A stretch of DNA of 64,000 nucleotides from an uncultured Phycisphaerales bacterium. GTDB lineage: Bacteria > Planctomycetota > Phycisphaerae > Tepidisphaerales > Tepidisphaeraceae. Position numbers and translations under genes: made by a program. The notes below the pieces were generated by a model. It was not told the DNA's origin. It worked only from the letters and a program-made list of their open reading frames with translations, and did no database searches. This document shows positions 10,677-21,256 of this stretch, piece after piece. The stretch lies in NCBI GenBank assembly GCA_963758525.1, contig CAVWVQ010000003.1, forward strand, positions 4,384,001 through 4,448,000, written 5' to 3'. The number at the start of each line of letters is the position of its first letter. Position 1 is the stretch's first letter.

Positions 10677-10715
10677 CTTGACCAGAAAAATTTGCAGACA
10701 GCAGGGCTTTCTCCT

Positions 10716-10780
10716 GTAGCACAGCCGTCCCGGCTGTGATTCCGGCGACAGTCGAGACGGCCACGAAATGGCTGTGGTAC
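10716..10780. repeat. GTAG-type REP doublet (second copy degenerate)
   Basis: GTAG-CACAGCCG-TCC-CGGCTGTG followed by an interrupted inverted copy ending GCTGTGGTAC. Confidence 0.6.
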
Positions 10781-11140
10781 ATATTTGCGTCACCCAATGC
10801 TTTCATTCAAGATTTGCGAACATTTTACGCGTAGGTGATTTGCCCCGTATTTCGGCGTTGACACAGGATTGCCCCCTAGTAGATACTGCATTGGTTGAAC
10901 CAAAACCGCCGGTCGCGTATGTCGCCAATGAATCAAGCGCCGCCAGGCAAAATGCAGTGCGGTGGCGCGCCCAGTTGTGGCCTTTGGGGATGCCGTCGCA
11001 CTGTTTGCCCCAGGCGTCTTTTCGCACTATGACTCGGCTCTGCGCGCGGCAGCGCAATCCCGCGCAGTCGAACACAGCCAATATTGGTTCCCTCACGGCG
11101 ATCGCACGGTCCGTTGTGCGTCGTATCGAGGAGTTGAGTC

Positions 11141-12736
11141 ATGGCGCAGTCCCTCCGAATGTCGCCTTCCGTTCGCAACGGGGAGCGGCGCCTGTCGTCA
11201 CCATTCACCGTTCGATTCGTCCGTACGCTGATGCCCGTCGTCGTTCTGCTGGCGGGCGTCGGCGCAGTCGCATTCGTCGTGTTCAGCGACTCCGTGGAAG
11301 GTGCTTTCAAACTTCGCGATGCGGGGATCGCGGCGCTGGTTACCCTGTTGCTGCTGTTTGTCTGGGTGTTGTTTCTGAGCGGCCTCAGATGGCGCCGCCG
11401 GGTGCAGTTGCTGCTGGCTGGCGTCACCGTGCCGGTAGTTGGCGTATTTGTTCTTCACCACTTCGTCCGGCGCGAAGGCTCAGTTGATGGTTCAGGGATG
11501 CCGCGGATCGTCTGGCGCAGCGAGATGAGCGCGGAACTGCCCGCAGTCCAGGCCACAGCCCCTTCGGGAAGTGCAGTCGAACTCGTGAGCGGCCCCGAAG
11601 ATTATCCGCGGTTCCTCGGCGTGGGCGGTAATAATCGTGTCGAGGGCGTTCACCTCTCCCGCGACTGGAAGACCACTCCGCCGAAGGAATTATGGCGTCG
11701 GCCGATCGGGCTGGGATGGGGCTCTTTTGCGATCGTGAACGGCTTTGCCGTGACGCAGGCGCAACGCGAGGCCGACGAGGTCACCACCTGTCTGGATATG
11801 AAGACAGGGGAGGTTCGCTGGCGACATCTCAACGCGGCGCGCTTCCACGAATCGTATGGAGGCGACGGCCCCAGGGCCACGCCGACGGTCTCCGACGGAC
11901 GTGTGTATGTCATGGGCGCCACCGGTTTGCTCGACTGTCTCGACGGCGCCACGGGCAAGCCCATCTGGTCGCGCGACATACTGGCAGACGCGCACGCAGC
12001 CAACTTGGAATGGGGAAAAAGTTGTTCCCCGCTGATCTGCGACCGCCTCGTGGTGGTCAGTGGCGGCGCGCGCGGTCCATCGCTCCTGGCCTACGACAAA
12101 GTGAGCGGCGCGCCGGCCTGGCAGTCTGGAACGGATGCCGCGTCCTATGCCTCCCCGACGCTGGCGATGCTCGCCGGACGCCGGATGCTGCTGAGCGTCA
12201 ATGCTCACAGCGTGGGCGGGTACGATCCGGCCAGCGGGGACGTCGTCTTCAACTACGCCTGGCCGGGCGATTGGCCGAAGGCTGCACAGCCGGTGCCGCT
12301 GGAGGATGATAGAGTCTTCATCTGCGCCGGGTACGGTCTGGGGAGCGAGGTGCTGAAAGTCAATGCTGGTGCGGCAGCCCCGCGCGTGCTCTGGCACAAC
12401 CTCCGACTCAAGGCTGAGTACAGCAATGTCGTTGTCCGTGACGGATTCGTTTATGGGCTGGACGACGGCGTGCTCACTTGTCTGGACCTGAAAAACGGCA
12501 AGCGGCGGTGGCGCGACGGCCGGTACGGCCACGGCGAGATTCTGCTCGTTGACGATCTCATTCTCGTTCAAACCGAGCCTGGCGATCTCGCGCTGGTGGA
12601 GGCGACGCCGGACAGGTTCAACGAACTCGCAACCGCTCCCGCGCTGAATGGAAAGACCTGGAACAACCCGGCGCTCTCGGGCCATGTGTTGCTGGTCCGA
12701 AACGATCATGAGGCCGTTGCGCTTCAGCTGCCGTAG
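11141..12736 (+). CDS. Membrane-anchored PQQ-like beta-propeller repeat protein (BamB-like)
   Basis: Three N-terminal TM segments; YPRFLG, PKELWRRPIG, GPRATPT, SYASP, KTWNNPAL motifs typical of the planctomycete expansion; exact start uncertain. Confidence 0.85.
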   Translation: MAQSLRMSPSVRNGERRLSSPFTVRFVRTLMPVVVLLAGVGAVAFVVFSDSVEGAFKLRDAGIAALVTLLLLFVWVLFLSGLRWRRRVQLLLAGVTVPVVGVFVLHHFVRREGSVDGSGMPRIVWRSEMSAELPAVQATAPSGSAVELVSGPEDYPRFLGVGGNNRVEGVHLSRDWKTTPPKELWRRPIGLGWGSFAIVNGFAVTQAQREADEVTTCLDMKTGEVRWRHLNAARFHESYGGDGPRATPTVSDGRVYVMGATGLLDCLDGATGKPIWSRDILADAHAANLEWGKSCSPLICDRLVVVSGGARGPSLLAYDKVSGAPAWQSGTDAASYASPTLAMLAGRRMLLSVNAHSVGGYDPASGDVVFNYAWPGDWPKAAQPVPLEDDRVFICAGYGLGSEVLKVNAGAAAPRVLWHNLRLKAEYSNVVVRDGFVYGLDDGVLTCLDLKNGKRRWRDGRYGHGEILLVDDLILVQTEPGDLALVEATPDRFNELATAPALNGKTWNNPALSGHVLLVRNDHEAVALQLP

Positions 12737-12819
12737 GATTTTGTCACGGAGTTCGCGGCCCTGGTAGTGCCGGGAGGGGGCGACCAGATTGGACTTCTTC
12801 GGCTGCATTCCCCGCAAAA

Positions 12820-14325
12820 TCAGCGAGGCAACGGTTCATCCGAGCGGACGACGAGAGTTCCGGCGGCGACGTCGCCGGTGCGCTGGCGCAACGGGGAGAG
12901 AATGACGACAACCAACGGGACAAATCCCAGTCCGACGTCGATCACGCGCAAAACATTTCGCAGCAGCAGGGAAATCAGCGGCGGGCGCTGGCCGGTCAGA
13001 CTGACGACGCGCATGCCCAGCAGCCATTTCCCCAGGGTCCGGCAAGTCAACATCTCGCCCAGCGCGGTGTGCAGCAAATAGACGCCGATGGACGCCGCCA
13101 TGACGATCTCGCGTGACTGACTGGAGAGCGGCTGCTCAAACACCGCGATTCCAATGATGAACGGAAACAGGTCGATCAATCCTGCGCTGGCCCGACGCGC
13201 CAACGGCGCGATGTGCATCTTTTCCAGGTCGAAAGTCATTCCCTGCATCCGGCGTCGCCAGCGCATCGCTCCGAGAATGGCGACAAACAGCGCCGTCCAG
13301 ACGACGTACTGCATCACGCGAACGATCCCCGAAACCGGCACTTCAGCGGGAAACGAAATCTTCGTGACGGTTCCGGCGATGCTCCCATCGGCAACATCGA
13401 GATCCTGCTCGCTGACCGAAGCTCCGGAACTGAACAGCACGCGTATCCGGCCCAACGCGCAGGCAACTGCGACACTGTCAGCGGACGCAGGAACAAACGA
13501 CAGTGCGACGTGCCGGGCCGGCGTGGCGCCGCTAAAAAAGTCGAGCGTGTCGGCAGCGTGCTCGCGAGCGATCCAGACCACCAGCCTCGAGGTTCCGCGC
13601 AGAAGCCTGGCGGTGGTCACTGGAGCATCACTGGAGAGCAGGGCAACGGTTCTCCATTCAGAGCCGTCAAACTGCACGACGCGCACGACGCGCGTGCCAT
13701 CGACAAACGCCAGGCAGGGGACGTGGTCGATGATCGCAAGACTCGATCGCTCGACGCCGATCGTGGCCGCGCGCGGAATGGGGCCCAGCGATTTCCAGAC
13801 CCCGTCGTCGAGGCGGAACAAAGACGGGGGGAAGGCGACAGACTGCGTGGTCGCTGGCGCCGCGTTGGTCGTCGGCGCGGTGGAGGGCTCGGTGGGAACG
13901 GTTGCGGGCGCTGGGATGACGCCGCCGGTTCCGATCGCCCAGAACGTATCGTCACCGCCAGCCAAATCGATCACCTGCGCGCCGCCCGGCAGCGGCGGGC
14001 CTTCCGAGCTGGTGCCAGCGTCCGATGCCATGACCCATTCCCCGCCTTCCAGCAGCAATCCCAGTTGCTCGCCGCGATGAGCCAGCGCCAGAATGTGACC
14101 GCCCGCTTCACGAAAGCGAAAAAAACTCGAATCACCCGCGCCGCGGACATACACCACCGTGTGAGGCGGGACATCGGGTTGGCTCGCGGACTTGGGCACA
14201 TATTGGGCGATCCAGAACCGATCTTCGGCTCCGTGAGCGAGCAGATTCTCGTTGCGCGCTTCGGCGAGCGCCGCCGACGGGGCCGCGACGATCAGGCTGA
14301 GAATGAGTAATCGGAGCAATGGCAA
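12820..14325 (-). CDS. RDD family membrane protein with large secreted N-terminal domain
   Basis: Signal peptide; C-terminal APLARRASAGLID...TLGKWLLGMRVV...LLRNVLRVID...QRTGDVAAGTLVV. Confidence 0.8.
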   Translation of the reverse strand: MPLLRLLILSLIVAAPSAALAEARNENLLAHGAEDRFWIAQYVPKSASQPDVPPHTVVYVRGAGDSSFFRFREAGGHILALAHRGEQLGLLLEGGEWVMASDAGTSSEGPPLPGGAQVIDLAGGDDTFWAIGTGGVIPAPATVPTEPSTAPTTNAAPATTQSVAFPPSLFRLDDGVWKSLGPIPRAATIGVERSSLAIIDHVPCLAFVDGTRVVRVVQFDGSEWRTVALLSSDAPVTTARLLRGTSRLVVWIAREHAADTLDFFSGATPARHVALSFVPASADSVAVACALGRIRVLFSSGASVSEQDLDVADGSIAGTVTKISFPAEVPVSGIVRVMQYVVWTALFVAILGAMRWRRRMQGMTFDLEKMHIAPLARRASAGLIDLFPFIIGIAVFEQPLSSQSREIVMAASIGVYLLHTALGEMLTCRTLGKWLLGMRVVSLTGQRPPLISLLLRNVLRVIDVGLGFVPLVVVILSPLRQRTGDVAAGTLVVRSDEPLPR

Positions 14326-14331
14326 TTGAGC

Positions 14332-15336
14332 TCACTGGATCAGAATTGCACGGCTGTCGCCTTGTGGCGGACGCTGGAAGCTCCGGTCGCTGGGGACCGC
14401 TCGTGAGCCTTCTCCACGATGGAGCATGACGTCTTTGAGCGTAATCTCCATCTTCGAGCCGTTTTCGGGGAAGTAGAGGCTGTATTTTCCCGGCACCCAC
14501 GGCCAGTCCTTCTGCGCCGCATTCGGCGCCTCCACCTGGCGATGGTCGGATAAAATCGCGCGGACAACCACCCGTCCATTCACATCGAACAGAAAGACGT
14601 AGATCGGCCGAAGTGAATCGACGTCGTACCAGACCTCGCGCTGCGCCACCCAGCGGTCAGGCAGCTTCGTGTTCCAGACGATCATGTAGGCGCGCGCGTC
14701 ATTATTGAATCGGAGCGTCGGGACGGGGAGCTCATTGAGGTTGCTGTCGATCGTCCCCAATCCCAGAACCTGCAGAATCATGTCCGGCTGAATGGGAATC
14801 TGATTCCTCTCCAGTGCGCCGGCCGTCAGATCGGCGAAGTTGCCATACCAAAGGGTGTTGACCTCGGGGACAACGCGGAACCAGTAATCCGTTGCGTTGG
14901 TGCCCATGTCGAAGACGGTGCCGAGAAGATCCTTGGATCCATTCAGCCGGAAATCGGAAGGAGATCGATAGAGCAGAACGCCGTCACCGTTCACGAAGTG
15001 AGGCCTTTTCATGTCGTCGACGATCGTGGCTTCGTAGTAGTCGCTTGCCCAGAGCGTCGGGAGCTTCTGGTTGTTGGCGTTAATCGCGCTGATCAGCTCC
15101 TGCATGGTCTTGGTCGGCCCATGATAGGGGGGAACAACACGCACATTTGCCCCGGAACTGTTGCTGAGGCAGCCCACACAGCAGAGCGAGAACAGAGACA
15201 CAGCGCAGAGTGAGGTCGCGGCGGACAACGAATTCCGTCGCCAGGCAGCGGGAGCGCGATAAGGGTGGAGATGCGTAATGCCGGCTCTTCCGCACGAGCT
15301 GCGGCCCGTGCAACAAAAGGTTTCACAGCTCTTCAC
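14332..15336 (-). CDS. Hypothetical probable lipoprotein; start uncertain
   Basis: Hydrophobic stretch ending CVGC, then a beta-rich globular region; good codon bias. Confidence 0.65.
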   Translation of the reverse strand: MKSCETFCCTGRSSCGRAGITHLHPYRAPAAWRRNSLSAATSLCAVSLFSLCCVGCLSNSSGANVRVVPPYHGPTKTMQELISAINANNQKLPTLWASDYYEATIVDDMKRPHFVNGDGVLLYRSPSDFRLNGSKDLLGTVFDMGTNATDYWFRVVPEVNTLWYGNFADLTAGALERNQIPIQPDMILQVLGLGTIDSNLNELPVPTLRFNNDARAYMIVWNTKLPDRWVAQREVWYDVDSLRPIYVFLFDVNGRVVVRAILSDHRQVEAPNAAQKDWPWVPGKYSLYFPENGSKMEITLKDVMLHRGEGSRAVPSDRSFQRPPQGDSRAILIQ

Positions 15337-15847
15337 TGAGAATTTGCCCGAGTTGCTGACTGACCTCGGCGATCTGCTGCTCGGTCAATTTCGGGTCGAT
15401 CAGATCGAGGCGTTCTTCCTTCCCCTTCATCCGTACGATCCAAAAGTCGCGGTCTCCCTCTTGCCGGCTCCCTTCGTAAACGACCAGCCGTTTGCGCATC
15501 AGGATCAGTCCGAGCACAAAGCGGAATTGCACCTTCAACGGTTCCTGGGCGTCAGCGAGACGCTCGAAGAGCTGCGAGAGGACTTCGTCATCGACAAACA
15601 GTTTTTTCTTCTCCTCGCCGGGCGCCGGCATGGTTGTCTGCCAGAAGCCGAGCAACGATTCGCGATCGAACGAGTTCCAGCAATTGAGGGAGAGATCGAT
15701 TCGTTCGAGCCCGGCGGGCGTTTCGCGCACCGCCGTCACAAACTTCGCACCCGGCAGAATCGCTTCGCCGCACAAGGCACACTGTCCGAGGGGTCGGGGA
15801 ACGTCATACCCCGCTTTTGCAATTTTTGGTCCAGCCGCCGTGCTCAT
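15323..15847 (-). CDS. Hypothetical protein with putative N-terminal Zn-binding CxxC
   Basis: GGAGG RBS; CALCG...SLNCW; FVLGLILMRKR motif. Confidence 0.75.
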   Translation of the reverse strand: MSTAAGPKIAKAGYDVPRPLGQCALCGEAILPGAKFVTAVRETPAGLERIDLSLNCWNSFDRESLLGFWQTTMPAPGEEKKKLFVDDEVLSQLFERLADAQEPLKVQFRFVLGLILMRKRLVVYEGSRQEGDRDFWIVRMKGKEERLDLIDPKLTEQQIAEVSQQLGQILSEEL

Positions 15848-15908
15848 TCACTGCCTCCATGTCGGGCAAGACTATAACCGGAAATGGAGGGGAGGGAAGA
15901 TCTGGGGA

Positions 15909-16042
15909 GGGCACGAAGGCACGGAGGCACGAAGGCACGAAGGGGGGAGGGACGAAGCGCGAAGTTGAGGGAGAGGACAGGGGACGAAGTGGGGGAGGGA
16001 CAAAGCGCGAAGTGGAGGGAGGATACGGGGAACGAAGTGGGG
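15909..16042 (+). repeat. GGCACGAA/GGCACGGA octamer run plus two imperfect ~47-bp purine-rich direct repeats
   Basis: GGCACGAAGGCACGGAGGCACGAAGGCACGAAGG; two copies of GAGGGACRAAGCGCGAAGTKGAGGGAG...ACGAAGTGGGG. Confidence 0.85.
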
Positions 16043-16169
16043 ATCGATGGAACTTGCCAACATCGCCGGAAGTGGCTTGCCCTTCGCGGAAGACTCAAAG
16101 TCTTCGCAGGGACAGTGGAACCTGATCTGCGAGACACGGCGCCAGGGTCTGCCGCCTCGCTTCGCGCAG

Positions 16170-16427
16170 TCATGAAACTCGGAAGAATCGCGAGGAGGTT
16201 CCCCCGTCACCGACGTTGAAGCGCACCTTTCCGCCGCAGCGCGGGCAGGCGCCGGCGTAGTGGGTTCCGTCGGCGGAGCGGTAGATGCGCTGATAAACGC
16301 CGCAGCAGTCGAATTGAACGCTCAGCCAGGGTCGCGGGCGGGGGGCGTGGTTCGCTGGCTCGACGGGTTGGCTGTCAGACTTCAACCCGCTGATGTCGAG
16401 TTTGTAGTCGCGTGGATCGCCGCTCAT
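16170..16427 (-). CDS. Small hypothetical Zn-finger-like protein
   Basis: FDCCGVYQRIY...ACPRCG; ATGA overlap with the upstream gene. Confidence 0.75.
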   Translation of the reverse strand: MSGDPRDYKLDISGLKSDSQPVEPANHAPRPRPWLSVQFDCCGVYQRIYRSADGTHYAGACPRCGGKVRFNVGDGGTSSRFFRVS

Positions 16428-17045
16428 ATGCCTTGATCGTGACGCTGCCAGATTCTGGGGCTCACGCGCTGGATAAGCAGTGCGGCCCGGGAGAGCAATT
16501 GCGTCGTGGTGGACTCAATATTTTGGCGTTCCGCCGGCGTTAATTCGGTGAGATTGACGCGCACGTTGTAGACCGCGCAGTGCGCGGTCGCCATCGCCAG
16601 ATCCGAGCAGACGGCCAAATCGGACAGCAGGTGGTAATTGACGAAGTTGATGATGCGGTCGGTCAGCTCCAGCACCGCCACCGCAGCGGCGGCGATCGCC
16701 TGGGGAATTCGGATCGACGCCAGCAGCGCGGGAGGGAATGACGCGGTGCGCTCGGGAGACCCGGCAGGGAACTTGCGCGCGGGAAACCGCCTCGTAGGCG
16801 GCCTGGTCTTCCAGCATCAGGTTGAGCATCAAGTGCCTGGCTCGGTGCAATTCCGTCAAGACCGGCTTCAGCTCGCCGGTGAATGCTTCGAGGCCCTTTT
16901 TGCCGAGACTGTAGTTCACGACCATCTCGCCGATGGCGGCGGAAAGAGCGCCGGTCAGTGCCGCGACACTGCCTCCCCCAGGCGTCGGTTGACGGGCGGC
17001 CGTTGCGTCCAGAAACAAATTCAGCGGAGTGCGATCATCGTACAT
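16424..17045 (-). CDS. Formiminotransferase-cyclodeaminase C-terminal / methenyl-THF cyclohydrolase family; frameshift near 16778
   Basis: PTPGGGSVAALTGAL, EDQAAYEAV; shifted frame IPQAIA...LLSDLAV...AVYNVRVNL. Confidence 0.85.
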
Positions 17046-17244
17046 CAGGTCATTGCTCGTTTTCGATTGTTGCTCTCCGGTCCTGGATCTGCATTCCTCT
17101 CCCGCAAAAATCTACCCCTGCTGAGACCTGCCGTTGGATTATCACGGAATTATATCTCGCAAATTCTTGCTGGCAAGCGATTGAAACACGCCACAAGTTG
17201 GAAGGGTCGGAAGGGGTCTTGACACTTTTCGCGGGGTTGCGCTT

Positions 17245-17377
17245 TCCCCCTCCCCTGGTACTCCGGGGGACGGTTGGGGTGGGGGCGGTATCGTCCGCGA
17301 GTGCTCTGTCGCGTCGCCCAAGCCTTTCCCCATCTGGCCCCGACTATAGCCCTACCCCGGTGTACCAAGGGAGGGGA
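17245..17377. repeat. Palindromic element, CCCCTCCCCTGGTACTCC...GGGGTGGGGG family
   Basis: Imperfect inverted arms; related copies at 45145 and inside putA at 59093. Confidence 0.8.
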
Positions 17378-17425
17378 CAGGCCCGCCGGAAGCCTCACGC
17401 ACTCAGATCGACCAGGTCGCCTCTG

Positions 17426-20390
17426 CTATTTCGCCGCTCCGCCGGTGTCATGCTGAATACCCCGGGGTGTCAGCTCGACTGGTGGAAACGCCGTATAAAC
17501 GCGCGGGCCCTTGCGAACTTCAACCGACTCCGGCGTCGGCGTACTGATCGTCACGATGCACGAATTCAGCCGTTGCCGCGCGATCTGCTGCACATCCGCA
17601 AGCGTGACGCCCTTGATTCGATCGGCAAACTGAGCGTGAAAGTCATAGCCAAGCCCAAATAATTCGTCCAGCGCGGCGCTGGTTGCCTGTTCGGCGGGCG
17701 ATTCGTGGTCCATCGCGTCGGCCAGCGTAATCAGCTCCTTGGAGCGATCGAACCACTTCGGGTTGATATCGGCGGCCGTCCCCTGCTCACGGGCGATATT
17801 CTGCAAACAAGTTTCCACTACTTCATTCACTTTGGACGGCGCGCACCCGGCAAATACGAAGAAACTGCCGGGAAGACTGGTGGTGCGGCCAGGAGAATTC
17901 ACTGCTTCCACAACATACACCAGGCCCCGGCCGCGAAGCGTTTCAAAGAGGTAGCCGGTCGGAAATGTGTATCCGCCGGCAATCGTTTGGGCTACTGTCA
18001 GCGGGTACATCTCAGGCGAGCCGATCACGGCATTCGAGTGAAAACCGATGACAATCCCCGCCAGTTCCTGATCGGTCTTCTGCACGGCCACCTGCTCGAC
18101 ATTCACGGTCGGAACCGATGGCTGCGTCGTGGCGGGCGGCGCTTCGTGCGCGATGGCGTCAGCAGCCGTCGAAGGCTTGGGGCCTTTGCCTAAAAATTGG
18201 TTCGCGAGCGACCTGGCCTTCTCGAGGTCGACATCTCCGTAAATCGCCAGCACGCGTTTCTGGCCCAGGATTTTCGAATGATACCAGTCGCGCACCATGC
18301 CGGGACTGAAACTGTTCACGTTGTCGGCGCTGCCGAGCGGAACAAACTGATACGGAGAGTCGAGCGGGCCGAAATACTTCTGCTTGAAGAAGCGAATGGC
18401 CTGCGCCGACCAATCGGCGTCTTCGCCGGCGATGCGCGGAAATCCGCCGCTTCATCTGATCGACTTCCTTGGGATCGAACGCCGGGTTATTGACGATATC
18501 GGCGTACACGTCGAGCGTCTTTTCGAGGTCCCCTTTCAGGCATGTCGCGGTCCACGACCACGTATTGTTGCCGCAGGCGGTTTCCATCTCCCCGCCGATG
18601 GAGGAGAAGAATCTTGAGATGTCGTCGGCGCTGCGGGTCGCGGTGCCGCGCGGAAGCGAGAGCATGGTCAGATTGCCCAGCCCGTTGGTCTTCGCGTCTT
18701 CTGCGGTGATTCCGCCCACGGCGTACATCTGCACGACAATCAGCGGCGACGTGGAAATCCGCTTGAGGAGCAGAATCGTTCCGTTGTCGAGCTCGGCGCG
18801 CACGACTTGTGATGCAGGCGACGCAGCCGCCGGCTGGGTCGTTGACGCCCCGGCGGAGCCGATCGGCCGGATCAGATCGACGGCGCGGGGCAGACCCTGC
18901 GCGCCGGCGTATTCCGCCGGCAACATGGCGCTGGTCAGCAGCCTGGTGCGATCGAGATATTTGCCGGCAACACGCTTCACGTCAGCGCCCGTCAACGCAT
19001 CAATTCGCTTTACATACAATTCGCTGAAGTGGGCATCGCCGGTGGTCATGTAATCTTCGGCCAGCGAGGAGGCGATTTCTTCCGTTGTCTGCAGCCGTTT
19101 GACCAGGGCAACGCGGATGTCGGTCTTGGCGCGGGCGAGGGATTCGTCATCCACACCGTTCTTCTTGATCGATTCGAGCATCGCGAGCACCGCGTCGGTG
19201 GCCGGCTGCACTTTTTCCGGATCCAGTTCCATGTCGATGCTGAACGTCCCGGCCGCGTAGGAAGGCGTCTCATCGTCAACGGAGATCGTGTTGACCAGTT
19301 GCTGCTTGTCGCGAATTTCGCGAACCAGCAGGGAGCTTTCGCTTCCGCCGAGCACGTCGGCCAATAAATCCAGCGCGTAGAGATCGGGGTCGTCCATCCG
19401 GACCGACGGGAAGCCCAACTGCAATTTCGCCTGTCCGAGCTTGGGAAACGTGGCGACGACGGTTCGCGGCGACATCACCTGCGGCTCGGCAGCAATATCA
19501 TGCGAAGAGACGCGCCCCGGCTTGGCGTCGGAGACATATTTTCTCACCGACAGCAGCATCTGCTCGGGATCGATGTCGCCGGCAACGGCGAAGAGCATGT
19601 TGTTGGGCTGATACGCGAGCTTGTAATACGAATAGACGTCGTCGCGCGAGAGCCCCTGAATCACCTCCTGATATCCGATGACCGGCACGCGCGCGGGGCT
19701 TACCTTGTAGCGGTTGGTCGCGGAGAGGTAATAAAATTGCCGGTCCGGCTCGCCCTTGCCCATCTCCAGCTCACGCTGCACAACCTGATATTCGCGGCGA
19801 TATTCCGCCGGCGTGATCAAAGCGCCGAGCATCCAGCCGGTGACGAGGTCCACTGCTTCGTCCATGTGCCCGGTGGTCGTATTCACGAAAAACGCGGTAT
19901 GATCCTCGCTGGTGTACGCGTTGGAGTTATTGCCGATGCGTTGCAGCAGATCGCGGTTTTGCGCTTCGGTGCGGCGCTGGTTGCTTCCGCCCGCAACGAG
20001 GTGTTCGAGCAGATGGCTCAGGCCGCCCCCGAGCCATTTCCCTTCATACACGCCGCCGGTGAAGCAGTATCCGCGAACCGAGGCTACCGGGGACGGAACG
20101 CGCTTGGCGATCACGACCATCCCGTTGCGGAGCACGGAGATAATCTCGTCTTTCCGATCGACCACGCGCGAGATTTCCGCGCCGTACCCGGCCATCTGCG
20201 ACTTGTTCTGCAGCAGCTCATTTCCCTGCGCGTCGCCGCCCGCAGGCGGGACGGTCGTGGATGGCTGGGTTGTCGGCGGCGCCTCCGCGGGTGTTGTTGC
20301 CGCGTTGGGCTGCGTCGCCGGCGGGGACGATGTCTGACACGCCAGGTTCAAGAGTCCAAAACCGGTCAAGAGAATCATCCAACACTTCAT
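17426..20390 (-). CDS. M16 (pitrilysin-like) zinc peptidase, probable lipoprotein; frameshift near 18436
   Basis: LNLAC lipobox; SHLLEHL (HxxEH), NAYTSEDHT; further inactive M16 domains; shifted frame links to ORF 17426-18319. Confidence 0.88.
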
Positions 20391-20437
20391 GTGGTTTGCT
20401 CCGCTGCCAGCTACGCTGGAAAGATCAGGATTCTGTC

Positions 20438-20929
20438 TTAGAACGCCGCTTCGTCGTCCTGCTCGATTTCATGCAGATAGGTAAGAGCTCGCTCCAACTC
20501 GCCCTTGAGGTGCCGAACGCGCAGCAGGCTCTTGACGCGCGTCAGCAGTTCAAATTTATTGACGGGCTTGCTCACAAAATCGTCGGTTCCATATTCGGTG
20601 GCACGCTCGATGTCGCCCAGCTCGTTGAGCGCGGTGACCATTAAAATCTGAATGTCGCGGGTTTTCGGATCGCTCTTGAGCCGCTTGCAGACCTCAAATC
20701 CGCTCATGTGCGGCATCATGATGTCGAGCAGGATGAGATCGGGCGCCGATTCGCGCACCTGATTGAGCGCTTCAACGCCGTCGGCTGCCGTGACGATCCG
20801 CACGTGCAGCGACTCGAGGAATGCCTGAAGCAACTCCACGTTTTGCGGATTGTCATCAACGATGAGGACGGTAGATTGCGGCAGGGCCGCGTCCGCCGAT
20901 TGCGGGTTTGCGGGTTCAATGTCGGCCAT
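20438..20929 (-). CDS. Stand-alone response regulator receiver (PleD N-terminal-like)
   Basis: VLIVDD, PDLILLDIMMP, MVTA, FVSKPV, short C-terminal helix. Confidence 0.9.
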   Translation of the reverse strand: MADIEPANPQSADAALPQSTVLIVDDNPQNVELLQAFLESLHVRIVTAADGVEALNQVRESAPDLILLDIMMPHMSGFEVCKRLKSDPKTRDIQILMVTALNELGDIERATEYGTDDFVSKPVNKFELLTRVKSLLRVRHLKGELERALTYLHEIEQDDEAAF

Positions 20930-21013
20930 ACGGGCGCTCCGGGTCGATGCGACAGCATTGCCGCGTTGCCCGACGACGGGGACTATACGCGCACCGCGCG
21001 GGCATGTAAACAA

Positions 21014-21256
21014 GGGGTCAGGGCTCAGAGAGGGTTCAGGGTTGAGGGTTGAGGGTTCAGGGTTCAGGGTTCGGCGGATTAGAGTATCGGGGCCAACGTG
21101 TCTAGTGTTTCAGGTCGTTGGGTTAGACTGCCTGTTAGGCACCAACTCTCCAAACCCTGAAACCCCCCTGAACCCTGACACCCTGAACCCTGACACCCTG
21201 AACCCTGACACCCTGAACCCTGAACCCTGAACCCTGAACCCTGACACCCTGAACCC
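21014..21256. repeat. Two inverted tracts of GGGTTCA/GGGTGTCA short tandem repeats
   Basis: G-rich tract 21014-21071 and complementary CCCTGAA/CCCTGACA tract about 21154-21256 abutting the glycosyltransferase stop. Confidence 0.95.

Noticed and set aside
10781..11140. Riboswitch or small gene between bioF and the PQQ-repeat gene
   Set aside because: AT-richer and promoter-like, with no recognisable aptamer; the ORFs lack coding character.
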